DNA from: Planctomycetota bacterium
GTDB lineage: Bacteria > Planctomycetota > SZUA-567 > H5-PLA8
Length of the DNA: 64,000 nucleotides
Assembly (NCBI GenBank): GCA_045863855.1
Contig: BTVV01000007.1
Span: 1 to 64,000 of the forward strand
Reading direction: 5' to 3'
Position 1 is the stretch's first letter. Each line of letters begins with the position of its first letter. Both the position numbers and the translations under genes were made by a program. Positions 39,299 through 48,787 of the stretch are shown one piece after another. Below the pieces are notes generated by a model, which had not been told where the DNA came from, made no database searches, and worked only from the letters and a program-made list of their open reading frames with translations.

Positions 39299-40375
39299 AT
39301 GCAAGGCGAACGGCTGGAAAACGTGCGTATCGCGGAGATGCGTCCGCTGGAGTCCCCGGCTCAAGTGAAGTCCAAGTTTCCGCTCAACGAGCAGGCGGCG
39401 GAGACGGTGCGCACCACGCGGCGTGAGCTGCGCGACATCATCCACGGCCGGGATACGCGGCGGCTGGCGGCCATTGTGGGTCCGTGCTCGATCCACGATC
39501 CGGAAGCTGCGATCGACTACGCCACGCGCCTCAAGCAGGTGGCCCACGAGATTCGGGGCGAGGTGGTCGTGCTGATGCGGACGTATTTCGAGAAGCCGCG
39601 CACTACGGTGGGCTGGAAGGGGCTGATCAACGATCCGCACCTGGACGGTTCGTGCGATATTGCCATCGGCCTGGAGGTGGCGCGAAGTTTGTTGGTCAAA
39701 ATCAACGCGCTGGGCATGGCCTGCGCGACGGAATTCCTGGAGCCGATCACTCCGCAGTACATCGCGGACCTTGTAAGCTGGGCGGCGATCGGGGCGCGCA
39801 CGACCGAAAGCCAGACGCACCGGCAGATGGCCAGCGGGCTTTCGATGCCCGTGGGCTTCAAGAACGGGATCGACGGGACGCTCCAGGCGGCCGTTAACGC
39901 ACTGGTTTCGGCCCGGCAGGCGCACAGTTTTCTGGGCATCAACAACGTCGGCGTCACGGCCATCGTAAAGACGACGGGGAATCCCGACTGCCACGTAGTG
40001 CTGCGGGGCGGGGAAGGGCGGACGAACTACGGCACGGAAGACGTGAAGCGCGCCGCGACGCTGGCGACCGAAGGCGGAGTAGCTCGCCCGGTGCTGGTGG
40101 ACTGTTCGCACGGTAACAGTTCCAAGGATCCGGCGAAGCAAGCGATCGCTTGGCGCGATGTCTGCGCGCAGTACCGTGCCGGCGAAGGGCGGCTGATGGG
40201 TATTTCTCTCGAGAGCAACCTGAAGCCCGGCAAGCAGACTTGGAAGGAAGGCGCGAAACTGGCCTACGGCGTCTCGATCACGGACGGCTGCATCGGTTTC
40301 GAGGAGACCGAGACGCTGCTGCGCGAGATGGCCGCCGCGGTGCGAGAGGCCGCGCCGCCGGTGAAGAGCGCTTAA
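39299..40375 (+). CDS. aroF: 3-deoxy-7-phosphoheptulonate (DAHP) synthase, class I-alpha (AroF/G/H type)
   Basis: GPCSIHD, MRTYFEKPRTTVGWKGLINDP, IGARTTESQTHRQMASG, GFKNG, LRGG, DCSHGNS, YGVSITDGC; the isoenzyme type cannot be assigned. Confidence 0.95.
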   Translation: MQGERLENVRIAEMRPLESPAQVKSKFPLNEQAAETVRTTRRELRDIIHGRDTRRLAAIVGPCSIHDPEAAIDYATRLKQVAHEIRGEVVVLMRTYFEKPRTTVGWKGLINDPHLDGSCDIAIGLEVARSLLVKINALGMACATEFLEPITPQYIADLVSWAAIGARTTESQTHRQMASGLSMPVGFKNGIDGTLQAAVNALVSARQAHSFLGINNVGVTAIVKTTGNPDCHVVLRGGEGRTNYGTEDVKRAATLATEGGVARPVLVDCSHGNSSKDPAKQAIAWRDVCAQYRAGEGRLMGISLESNLKPGKQTWKEGAKLAYGVSITDGCIGFEETETLLREMAAAVREAAPPVKSA

Positions 40376-40487
40376 AACCTTCAACTTCAAACGCGTTACG
40401 CTTCGTGCCTGGCAAGGCAATAGTGGGGCGGCAGGATAAAGAGCCCTTCTTCCCCATCTGCCTTGGCCCTTCTTGGCCACTCGGCGA

Positions 40488-41894
40488 TTAACGCCCTCGA
40501 GCCAGGCGCTTCTTCCAAGCCGCGACTTCCTTCCGCACCAGCTTGGGATTGGGCGAGCCTTGCGAAACGTAGCTGTTCACCGCGCCGCGAGGGCCCAGCA
40601 CCGGCTTTACGGTGGCATCCAACAGCGGATGCACCGCCTGCATCTCCCGCACTGTAAGTTCGCTCAACGTTTTGCCCTGCGCGGCCACCGCCTTGACCAG
40701 CTGCCCTGCGGCGTGGTGCGCCTGCCGGAAGGGCAGGCCTTTGCGCACGAGGAATTCCGCCAGCACCGTGGCGTCCATGTAGCCCCCGACGCACGCCGCT
40801 TCCATCTTGGCGCGGTCGAAGCTCACGTTTTCGAGCATCCGGGCCAGCACCTGGAGGCTGGCCCGGAAATGCCGGGTCGCGTCGAAGAGGACTTCCTTGT
40901 CCTCCTGAAAGTCGCGGTTGTAGGTGAGCGGCGTGCCTTTCAGAAGCATCAGCAAATGGTTGAGCACGCCGACGGCGCGTCCGGCTTTGCCGCGGATCAG
41001 CTCGAAGAGATCGGGGTTGCGCTTCTGCGGCATAATGCTGCTGCCCGTGCACCAAGCGTCGTCGATCTTGAGCCAGCCGAACTCGGTGGTCGCATAGAGT
41101 ATGAAATCTTCGGCGAGGCGGCTGAGGTGAATGGCGCAGACGGACATCGCGTAAGCGAAATCGAGCAGGTAATCGCGGTCGGCGCTGGTGTCCATGCTGT
41201 TGCGCGTGACGCCTTCGAATCCCAGAAGCTTCGCCGTGTACGCTCGGTCGATGGGCAAACTGGTTCCGGCCAGCGCGCAGGCGCCTAAGGGCAGGACGTT
41301 GGCGCGGCGGCGCGCTTCGGCGCAGCGATCGGCGTCGCGCTCCAAGGCTTCGACGTGGGCGAGCAGGTAATGCCCGCAGGTGACGGGCTGCGCACGTTGG
41401 AGGTGCGTGTAGCCGGGCATCGGATCGCCTGCGTAGGTTTCTGCCAGCGCCAGCAGCGAGCGCTGCACCGCACGCAATTCGGCGCGGATCGCGTCGAGCT
41501 GTTCGCGGACCCAGAGGCGCTCGTCGAGCGCGATCTGGTCGTTGCGGCTGCGGGCGGTATGGAGCTTCCCCGCGGCGGCGCCGGCGCGGTCGGCGAGCGC
41601 CTTTTCGATGTTCATGTGCACGTCTTCGAATGCGGGATTCCAGGCGAAGCGCCCGGCCTCGATTTCGGCGCGGATGGCTTCGAGCCCCTTGCGGAGAGCG
41701 GCTTCTTCGGCCGTAGACAGCAGGCCCACCTTGAGCAGCATGCGGGCATGCGCAAGCGACCCGGCGAGATCGTGGCGCGCCAGTTCCCGGTCGAAGCTGA
41801 CCGATTGGGTAAACGCTTCGGTCAGCGGATCGGCGGGTTTGCTGAATACGCCGCTGCGCGCGGGGGAGCGTTCGCGTTTCGACACGCGTGCCAT
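40488..41894 (-). CDS. argH: Argininosuccinate lyase
   Basis: EDVHMNIE, LHTARSRNDQ, MPGYTHLQRAQP, GSSIMPQKRNPD, YNRDFQEDK. Confidence 0.97.
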   Translation of the reverse strand: MARVSKRERSPARSGVFSKPADPLTEAFTQSVSFDRELARHDLAGSLAHARMLLKVGLLSTAEEAALRKGLEAIRAEIEAGRFAWNPAFEDVHMNIEKALADRAGAAAGKLHTARSRNDQIALDERLWVREQLDAIRAELRAVQRSLLALAETYAGDPMPGYTHLQRAQPVTCGHYLLAHVEALERDADRCAEARRRANVLPLGACALAGTSLPIDRAYTAKLLGFEGVTRNSMDTSADRDYLLDFAYAMSVCAIHLSRLAEDFILYATTEFGWLKIDDAWCTGSSIMPQKRNPDLFELIRGKAGRAVGVLNHLLMLLKGTPLTYNRDFQEDKEVLFDATRHFRASLQVLARMLENVSFDRAKMEAACVGGYMDATVLAEFLVRKGLPFRQAHHAAGQLVKAVAAQGKTLSELTVREMQAVHPLLDATVKPVLGPRGAVNSYVSQGSPNPKLVRKEVAAWKKRLARGR

Positions 41895-41994
41895 CCGAGG
41901 TCTCCTGGGCAGGGGGCCACGTGACGCGGCGCCGAGGCATCGGCGAACGCTTCCAACCTTCGGATGGGCGGGCGCGACCCGCGGCGCTCGGTGC

Positions 41995-42075
41995 TTACCG
42001 CTTCTTGCGGCGGTTGCGCCGCTGACGGCGCTTTTTGCTGCCGATTTTTCGGCGGCGGCGAGGCTTGAAGGCCAT
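41995..42075 (-). CDS. 26-aa Arg/Lys-rich small protein (MAFKPRRRRKIGSKKRRQRRNRRKKR): leader peptide or bS22/eL41-like basic protein
   Basis: AAGGA RBS 6 nt before ATG; TAA stop; 11 Arg + 6 Lys; same strand as argH and 100 nt upstream of it. Confidence 0.7.
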   Translation of the reverse strand: MAFKPRRRRKIGSKKRRQRRNRRKKR

Positions 42076-42230
42076 GGAACGTCCTTGCTCTTGGGCTCGC
42101 GAGCCTATCCGTGCTCGTCGTGAAGGCCACGTATTATGCCTGTCCCGACCACGTTGTAAAGAACAGGTGCAAAATCAACAGCCTTTCGTTGAGGATTGGC
42201 CGAAACGCTCAAAAGAGGTATCTTACCCGT

Positions 42231-42563
42231 ATGGCCAGCAGCGTTTGCATCAACCACACCAGCCGCCCCGCCACTGCGCGCTGCATCACTTGCCACAAAC
42301 CCGTCTGCGAAGACTGCGTGGTGCGGCACGAAGGCAGTACTTTCTGCAGCGGCGCGTGCCGCGACAATTACTCGCATTTCCACGCACGCTACAAGGGCGA
42401 GCGTCCTCAAGGCTTCTTTGCCCAGCTGTTCGGAAGCGTAAAGAACCTTGTGATTACCCTGATCGGCTTCGGATTGCTGGGGCTGATCCTGGTTTACGCC
42501 GGGGCTAAAATCCTAAATCTGGGCTTCTGCCAGGATTTGCTCAAACGAATCGGCTTGTCGTAA
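42231..42563 (+). CDS. B-box-like zinc-finger membrane protein
   Basis: CxxH...CxxC..P.CxxC...FC.xxC; C-terminal TM helix; GAGG upstream. Confidence 0.75.
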   Translation: MASSVCINHTSRPATARCITCHKPVCEDCVVRHEGSTFCSGACRDNYSHFHARYKGERPQGFFAQLFGSVKNLVITLIGFGLLGLILVYAGAKILNLGFCQDLLKRIGLS

Positions 42564-42568
42564 CCGCC

Positions 42569-44584
42569 CTACTGCTCCGCGATGCGCCCGTCGCCCCACA
42601 GCTTCGCCTGATCCGGGTCGTCGGTGCGCGGGTACAGCAGCGGCATTTTCTCGCTGCCTATCTTGGTCCCGCGCATGTAGAGCAACTTGGCGCCGGTGGC
42701 GGGACAATGCAGGCGGCCTTCGGCATCCAGGCAGGCTTCGTCGGCGTTCATGAAGCCGCCGGCGACGAGGTCGGCAAGCTGCTTGGGGTTCTCGTTCCCG
42801 TTCTTCGCCGCGAAGGCGCGAAAGGCTTCGTAGTAGCGGTGGTACAGCTCCGCGCGCGAGCGCTTTTGTCCTTCCGGCGCGACGGCGGGCGGCTGAGCGA
42901 CGCCCGGAGTGGGCGCAACAGGGGCCGTCGTGGCCGTAGCGGTGGGCGCGGGGGCATCCGGAGCGCCGGCGGGCAGGGCGGGGAGCTTCAGCTTCGAATC
43001 GTCCCACCGTGCGCCGGCACGGGTCACTACCGTGGCCACCGCCCGCGCGACGTTCGCTTCCAGCGCCTTGCCGCGGGCCTGCGGCTCGAGTTCCTTGAGT
43101 CCATCTTCGGCCCACGTGATTAACCCCGCGCGGTTCACCTTTTCCAAGGTTCCGGAAACCTTGTCGTCCTGCAGCAGAGTCTGGGCGGCGAGCAGCCACG
43201 CGTACGCCGATTCGGGTTCGCGCCCATCGCGGCGGAGCAGTTCGCCGACCAAGTAAGCGTTCCGGCCCAGATCCTTGAGCGACTCTTCGTCCTTGCCGAA
43301 ATAGAGCGCCTGCATCAGATAGTCGGCGGCGCGGTACAAATGTACGCGCTCGCGAGTAAGCGCGGCTTCGCGGTCGTCGGCGATCCGGCGCAGCAGGTCC
43401 AGTTCGAGCAGCATCTGTTGTTTGACCTCGTCGGGACCGTCGCCAATGAAACCGGAGGGGATCACCTTGCGCGCTTCGCCCAGCGCCTTGGCGGCGGCCG
43501 AAAGATAGCCTTGCCGCGCCAGGAAACCCGAATGCCGAACGTACAGCACGAACATGTCGGCGACATTGAAGCGCGCCACGTCCCCGGCGGCCGGCGGGCC
43601 CTGTTTCTCGGCCTCCTGCACCACGCGCTCGCCCTTTTCGATCACGCGCGCGGCGGCCTGCGCGAGGATATCCGGATCGCGCTCGGTGGTCTCGACGAGG
43701 TCTTCGCGGCGCTGGCGGCGGACTTCCATCGCCTCGGCGAGAATGAACATATTCATGCGCCGGATGGCCTGCCCCAGCGTGATCAGACTCTGAGGATTCA
43801 GCCCCGGCACGCCCAGTTCGCTGCACAGATAGCGCCGGTTGGCGTGCGCGGCTTCCAGGTGAATCTTGCCCAGGAAGTAGTGCGGCAGCTTCTTCTCGCC
43901 GCGCTCCAGAATCTTCAACGCGTTCTCGTACTTGATCCAATCGGGAATCTCGGTGGATTTCAGGAAGTCGTTGAACTGCAGCATCCGCGCCGGAACTTCG
44001 GTGCCCGGTTTGGGCGTCAGGCCCATCAGCTCGATCATCTTCCTGCGCGTCGAACCGGTCAGTTCCTGCTGCACGAAGGTGATCGTTTCGGGGCTCAACG
44101 GGCTGCCGTCGAACTCCCGCCCAAACCACTGCGCCGGAGCGGCGTACCCGCTTTCCGGGCACATCCAGATGCTCGTATGAACCGCCACGCGGCCGACGCT
44201 GTGCCGGCAGAAATCCCGGTCGAAGCCATCCTTGTGGTTCACATTGCCTTGCTTGGCCGCGGCAAACGGGCGCCCCGCCAGCGGACTGGGCACCGTGGCC
44301 CATTCGATGTGCTGAACGTCCTTGTCCACCGGCTCGCAGGTGAAGTCCGCGTCGCTGTGGAGGTACAGCGCCTTGCCGCAGATCTGGCAGCGCGCGGCTT
44401 TTTCGGCATCCACCTGCATCGGGACGCCCTTCTGGCCGCGCCGCAATAGCTCGCCCATGGGCGTCTCTTCTTCGCCGGCTCCCGTCGGATTAGGGTTCGT
44501 CGGCTGCGGCGGCAGGATCGTTCCCGCTTGCACCGCGCCCGCCAGCCCGCACCACAACAGCACCAGAACCGCAACCCGCCGCAT
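42569..44584 (-). CDS. Exported hypothetical protein (DUF2225-like motif, helical repeats)
   Basis: AAGGAG RBS; signal peptide MRRVAVLVLLWCGLAGAVQA; IWMCPESGYAA; YLVGELLRRDG TPR-like segment. Confidence 0.6.
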   Translation of the reverse strand: MRRVAVLVLLWCGLAGAVQAGTILPPQPTNPNPTGAGEEETPMGELLRRGQKGVPMQVDAEKAARCQICGKALYLHSDADFTCEPVDKDVQHIEWATVPSPLAGRPFAAAKQGNVNHKDGFDRDFCRHSVGRVAVHTSIWMCPESGYAAPAQWFGREFDGSPLSPETITFVQQELTGSTRRKMIELMGLTPKPGTEVPARMLQFNDFLKSTEIPDWIKYENALKILERGEKKLPHYFLGKIHLEAAHANRRYLCSELGVPGLNPQSLITLGQAIRRMNMFILAEAMEVRRQRREDLVETTERDPDILAQAAARVIEKGERVVQEAEKQGPPAAGDVARFNVADMFVLYVRHSGFLARQGYLSAAAKALGEARKVIPSGFIGDGPDEVKQQMLLELDLLRRIADDREAALTRERVHLYRAADYLMQALYFGKDEESLKDLGRNAYLVGELLRRDGREPESAYAWLLAAQTLLQDDKVSGTLEKVNRAGLITWAEDGLKELEPQARGKALEANVARAVATVVTRAGARWDDSKLKLPALPAGAPDAPAPTATATTAPVAPTPGVAQPPAVAPEGQKRSRAELYHRYYEAFRAFAAKNGNENPKQLADLVAGGFMNADEACLDAEGRLHCPATGAKLLYMRGTKIGSEKMPLLYPRTDDPDQAKLWGDGRIAEQ

Positions 44585-44720
44585 CGCACCGCTCCTTGGA
44601 ATCGCCGCATTCGCCCCGGCAAGCATAATCGGGGTATTGTAGGGAATGTCCCCGTTCCCGGCAACCGTCGGCATTTCCGGCTCCTTGCCCCGTCTGCGCT
44701 TGAGGTTACGATGGTCGGTC

Positions 44721-45677
44721 ATGGGTGAGTTGGCCCTTATCCGGCGCATTCGCGAAGCCCCGACCGGGCATCCTTGGCTCAAAGTCGGCCCCGGCAGCGA
44801 CTGCGCCGTCGTGACGTGGCCGGCTGGCCATGAGCTGGCTTACAAAATCGATCAGGTCGTCGAAGGCACTCATTTCGTCTTAGACGGTCCAGAAGCCGCT
44901 ACGCCCCGGCAAATCGGGTGGAAAGCGCTTGCGAAGGCGGCCAGCGATATCGCCGCCGCGGGCTGCCGGCCGGTGGCCGCCTTGGTCGCCATCAACTTGC
45001 GCCAAGGGCTGGACGATACTTTTGCGTTGGAACTGCACGCCGGGGTCAAGGCGTGTGCCGAACGCCTGTGCTTCGCGCTGGCGGGAGGCGACATCACCTC
45101 AAGCGAAAGGACGCTCACGGTCTGCGTAAGCTTGATCGGCGCCGCGCCGGCCGGGCAACCGGCTTGGCTGAGGCAGGGCGCCCGAGCAGGCGACGTGTTG
45201 CTGGTGACGGGCGAACTGGGCGGCAGCCGCGGCGGGAAGCATTTGGACTTCATGCCCCGCGTCGAGGAAGCGGCGCAATTGCGAAACCTGGCCGGAGCGG
45301 GCATCCGGGCCTGCATCGACATCACCGACGGTCTGGCCCGCGATGCCGGCCATCTATGCGAAGAGAGCGGCGTGGGGATCGAGTTGGACGAAGCGGCGCT
45401 TCCGATTGCGCCGGCGGCCCTGGCCGCGGCCCGGCGCGACGGGCGTACGCCATTGGAGCATGTACTTGGCGACGGCGAGGACTTCGAGCTGCTGCTGGCC
45501 ATGGATCCAACCGTGGCCGAGGCACTGTTGAAGAACTGGGCGCACCCCACGAAGTTGACGCGGATTGGGCGCGTCTTGCCGGTGGTGGCCGGACGCACGC
45601 TGAAACGACCGGACGGGTGTAGCGAAATGCTGCCGGATGTGGGTTACGAGCACGGGGCCGCGGAGGGCCCAAAATGA
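44721..45677 (+). CDS. thiL: Thiamine-monophosphate kinase
   Basis: MGELALIRRI, GSDCAV, DQVVEGTHF, SDIAA, GGDIT, CIDITDGL, GEDFELL. Confidence 0.92.
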   Translation: MGELALIRRIREAPTGHPWLKVGPGSDCAVVTWPAGHELAYKIDQVVEGTHFVLDGPEAATPRQIGWKALAKAASDIAAAGCRPVAALVAINLRQGLDDTFALELHAGVKACAERLCFALAGGDITSSERTLTVCVSLIGAAPAGQPAWLRQGARAGDVLLVTGELGGSRGGKHLDFMPRVEEAAQLRNLAGAGIRACIDITDGLARDAGHLCEESGVGIELDEAALPIAPAALAAARRDGRTPLEHVLGDGEDFELLLAMDPTVAEALLKNWAHPTKLTRIGRVLPVVAGRTLKRPDGCSEMLPDVGYEHGAAEGPK

Positions 45678-46681
45678 GTCCAGAACTGCTTGTCCTGGCC
45701 CAACTGACGATTCCTCCGGACCCGATTTGGTTCAGTCTGGGATCTGTGAATTTTTATTACTACGGCCTTTGCTATGCCATTGGCTTCGCGGTAGTGGCGG
45801 CGCATTTATACCGGAACAGTCAAGAATTGGGAATCAACCTAGAAGGTACTTACGAAGCGGCACTGTGTTTTGCATTTGGAAGTTTGGCTGGCGGACGATG
45901 TTTCGAGATATTCGTTTACGAATGGGCACTCTATCGTGATGAATGGTGGGAAGTTTTGCACTTCTGGAACGGCGGGATGGCCAGTCATGGCGTGATGTTA
46001 GGCGCGGTGGCGGGGATATTCGCCTTCGCCAAGTGGCGTCGGCGGCCTTTTCTGCTGCTCGTCGATACTCTGGTGCTACCCGGTGCCTTAATGATGGCTT
46101 TGGGACGACTAGGAAATTTCATTAATGGGGAGATCTATGGACCGCACACTGAGGCTTGGTGGGGCGTAGCAGTTCCTTACGCGGAAGGCCTCCGGCATCC
46201 CGTCCCCCTTTACGATGCACTCAAGAATCTAGGCGTAGCAGTTATCCTCCTTGTGCTCAGCCGGCGGCATCGCTGCGGTGAAGGCAGACTTTTCGCACAT
46301 TTCTTGGTCTGGTACGGCGGCCTACGGCTGATCGTGGACCTATACCGTGAATACGGTTCCGAATTTTGGGGTATCGGAAGAGGTCAGTTCGCAAACGCCG
46401 GCATGGCCTTGGTTGGATTGTTTGCCTTGGCTTGGTTGAACCGGCGAGTACAGCCATGCCAAGAGCCTGCAGCGATAGCAGGCCCTGAAGTACCGGCTGA
46501 GTCGAAGGTATCGGCTTTGTGGTTCAAACGTACGGCTTTTGCGGCGATGCTGGTCGCGTGCTTGGCCATTCCTAGCGGTTGGTCCGAAGGCTGGCTGGAA
46601 GGCCTCGCACAAACGCAACGTGCGGCCCTTTCGCAAGCGACTCGGCTCTCGGCAACTTGCGCGGGGAGTCCGACGCCGTGA
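45674..46681 (+). CDS. lgt: Prolipoprotein diacylglyceryl transferase
   Basis: YYGLCY, GGR, WNGGMASHG, GRLGNFINGEIYG, HPVPLYD, WYGGLRL; multiple TM helices. Confidence 0.88.
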   Translation: MSPELLVLAQLTIPPDPIWFSLGSVNFYYYGLCYAIGFAVVAAHLYRNSQELGINLEGTYEAALCFAFGSLAGGRCFEIFVYEWALYRDEWWEVLHFWNGGMASHGVMLGAVAGIFAFAKWRRRPFLLLVDTLVLPGALMMALGRLGNFINGEIYGPHTEAWWGVAVPYAEGLRHPVPLYDALKNLGVAVILLVLSRRHRCGEGRLFAHFLVWYGGLRLIVDLYREYGSEFWGIGRGQFANAGMALVGLFALAWLNRRVQPCQEPAAIAGPEVPAESKVSALWFKRTAFAAMLVACLAIPSGWSEGWLEGLAQTQRAALSQATRLSATCAGSPTP

Positions 46682-47259
46682 ATGGAACCTGGAAAGCCGG
46701 ATTTGTGGTCGAAACCCACGGCGCCGAGGAGACCGAGGCGCTGGGCCGTTGCTGCGGTGCGCTACGGCCGTGGGGCTTTGTACTGGCGTTACGCGGCGAT
46801 CTGGGGGCGGGGAAGACGGTCTTCGTGCGCGGCCTGGCGGCCGGACTGCTGGAGGGTGACGAGATCGAGGTCACCAGTCCCACGTACGTCTTGCAGCATG
46901 TGTACCGCGGTCAGGAGGCGACGCTGTACCATATCGATGCGTACCGCATGAGCGGCGGGGCGGAGGAGTTCGAAGGCGCGGGCTTGCGAGATTGCCTTAA
47001 CGACCGGCGCGGGGTGGTTTGCCTGGAATGGCCTGAGCGTGTCGAAGAGGTGCTGCCGGCCGACCGCTTGGAGGTAGAACTGGAACACGCGGGCGGCGAT
47101 ACGCGTACGGTGCATGTGCTGGCCACGGGGGTGCTTTCCGGCGCGCTGGCCGATGCCTTGGCACAACGCGTGGGAAGCCGCTTCAAACTGGAGAATTTTC
47201 TGGGGCGCCCGGGGCCGGCCGTTCCGCCAGCGGAGGCCGCTCCGCCGTCGCTGTCATAA
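46678..47259 (+). CDS. tsaE: tRNA threonylcarbamoyladenosine biosynthesis ATPase
   Basis: LRGDLGAGKT, VTSPTYVL, HIDAYR, LEWPE; GTG start overlaps the lgt stop (GTGA). Confidence 0.92.
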   Translation: MNGTWKAGFVVETHGAEETEALGRCCGALRPWGFVLALRGDLGAGKTVFVRGLAAGLLEGDEIEVTSPTYVLQHVYRGQEATLYHIDAYRMSGGAEEFEGAGLRDCLNDRRGVVCLEWPERVEEVLPADRLEVELEHAGGDTRTVHVLATGVLSGALADALAQRVGSRFKLENFLGRPGPAVPPAEAAPPSLS

Positions 47260-47372
47260 CCGGATGCCCGCGCTTGCCAGGGGAACGCGCGGGGCGATAA
47301 GTAAGCGTGCAAACAAGGGGTGAGTCGGCTGCCGCGGCCTCGCTGCGCGGCGCGAACCGGGAGGATCTGGGC

Positions 47373-48782
47373 ATGGCTAAGAAAGCAACGCCGCGAGGCG
47401 AAGCACGCAACAACGGGCAGGGTTCGGCGGTCGCGGAGAAGCCCGCGAACGCTCCAGCCGAAGCCGACGCGTTGCGACGTCCACGCTTCAAGGAAACGCC
47501 GCCACCGCCACCGCCCGGTACGCGGATCATGCCCGCGCCGCGGCACGACATGTGGGAGCAATCGGTCCGCCAGTTGGAGGAAACCGGAAAGCGCATCGAT
47601 CTCGACGCGGGCTCCCTGGCGATGCTTAAGCACTGCAAACGCACGCTGGAAGTTTCCGTACCGGTGCGCATGGACGACGGGCACATCGAGGTCTTCCAGG
47701 GCTATCGCGTGCATCACAACCAGTACCGCGGTCCGGCAAAGGGCGGCTTGCGCTACCATCCGGAAGTCAGCATGGAGGAGGTGAAAGCGCTGGCCATGCT
47801 GATGACCTGGAAATGCGCACTGATGAACATTCCGTACGGCGGCGCGAAGGGCGGGGTGGTCTGCGAGCCGCGCAAGATGTCCGAGCGCGAACTGGAATCG
47901 ATGACGCGTCGCTTCACGTCCGAGATCATGCTGATCATCGGCCCGGACAAGGACATTCCCGCGCCGGACATGGGCACCAACGCGCAAGTCATGGCCTGGA
48001 TGTACGACACGTACAACATGACCACGGGTCACGCGGTGCCTCAGATCGTGACGGGCAAGCCAGTTTCGCTCGGCGGTTCGCTGGGACGCATCGAGGCAAC
48101 GGGGCGCGGCGTGAGTTATGTGGTCGCCGCGGTGGCGCAGGAAAAGGGCATGAATCTGAAAGGCCTGCGCGTGGCAGTCCAAGGCGCGGGTAACGTGGGC
48201 TCCAACGCCGCTAAGGCACTGCACGAAATGGGCGCCAAGATCGTCGCCATCAGCGACGTCAACGGCGGCATTTACGCCTCCGAAGGAATCGATCCGTTCC
48301 GCATCTTCGCGCAGTTGGGCCCTAAAGACAACGTCCAGGGTTATCCTGGCACTCAGAACATCACGAACGACGAGGTGCTGACGACCGAGTGCGACATCCT
48401 GATCCCCGCGGCGGTCGGCGGCGTGATCACCGATGCGAACGCCCAAGAGGTGAAAGCCAAGGTCGTCGTCGAAGCTGCGAACGGTCCGACCACCAACGAG
48501 GCCGACGAGATCCTGAAATCCCGCAATATCACCGTGGTGCCGGACATCCTGGCCAATGCCGGCGGCGTGACGGTGAGTTACTTCGAATGGGTGCAGGGGA
48601 TCCAGTATTACTTCTGGGAGCTGGACGAAATCAATACACGCCTGCACAAGGTCATGACCAAAGCCTTCAACGCAACGTGGGCGCTCTCGCGGCGCGAACG
48701 CGTCCCGATGCGCACGGCGGCGATGATGATTGCCGTCAGCCGCGTGGCCGAAGCGCAAAAGAGCTTGGGCTTGTTTCCTTAA
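47373..48782 (+). CDS. gdhA: Glu/Leu/Phe/Val dehydrogenase (glutamate dehydrogenase)
   Basis: GPAKGGLRYHP, MTWKCA, GGAKGG, DIPAPDMGT, TGKP, QGAGNVG, EAANGP, NAGGVTVSYFEW. Confidence 0.93.
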   Translation: MAKKATPRGEARNNGQGSAVAEKPANAPAEADALRRPRFKETPPPPPPGTRIMPAPRHDMWEQSVRQLEETGKRIDLDAGSLAMLKHCKRTLEVSVPVRMDDGHIEVFQGYRVHHNQYRGPAKGGLRYHPEVSMEEVKALAMLMTWKCALMNIPYGGAKGGVVCEPRKMSERELESMTRRFTSEIMLIIGPDKDIPAPDMGTNAQVMAWMYDTYNMTTGHAVPQIVTGKPVSLGGSLGRIEATGRGVSYVVAAVAQEKGMNLKGLRVAVQGAGNVGSNAAKALHEMGAKIVAISDVNGGIYASEGIDPFRIFAQLGPKDNVQGYPGTQNITNDEVLTTECDILIPAAVGGVITDANAQEVKAKVVVEAANGPTTNEADEILKSRNITVVPDILANAGGVTVSYFEWVQGIQYYFWELDEINTRLHKVMTKAFNATWALSRRERVPMRTAAMMIAVSRVAEAQKSLGLFP

Positions 48783-48787
48783 GCGCG

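Noticed and set aside
42282..42296. CITCH motif in the 42231-42563 protein as a heme site
   Set aside because: It is part of a B-box-like Cys/His zinc-finger pattern in a domain with no export signal
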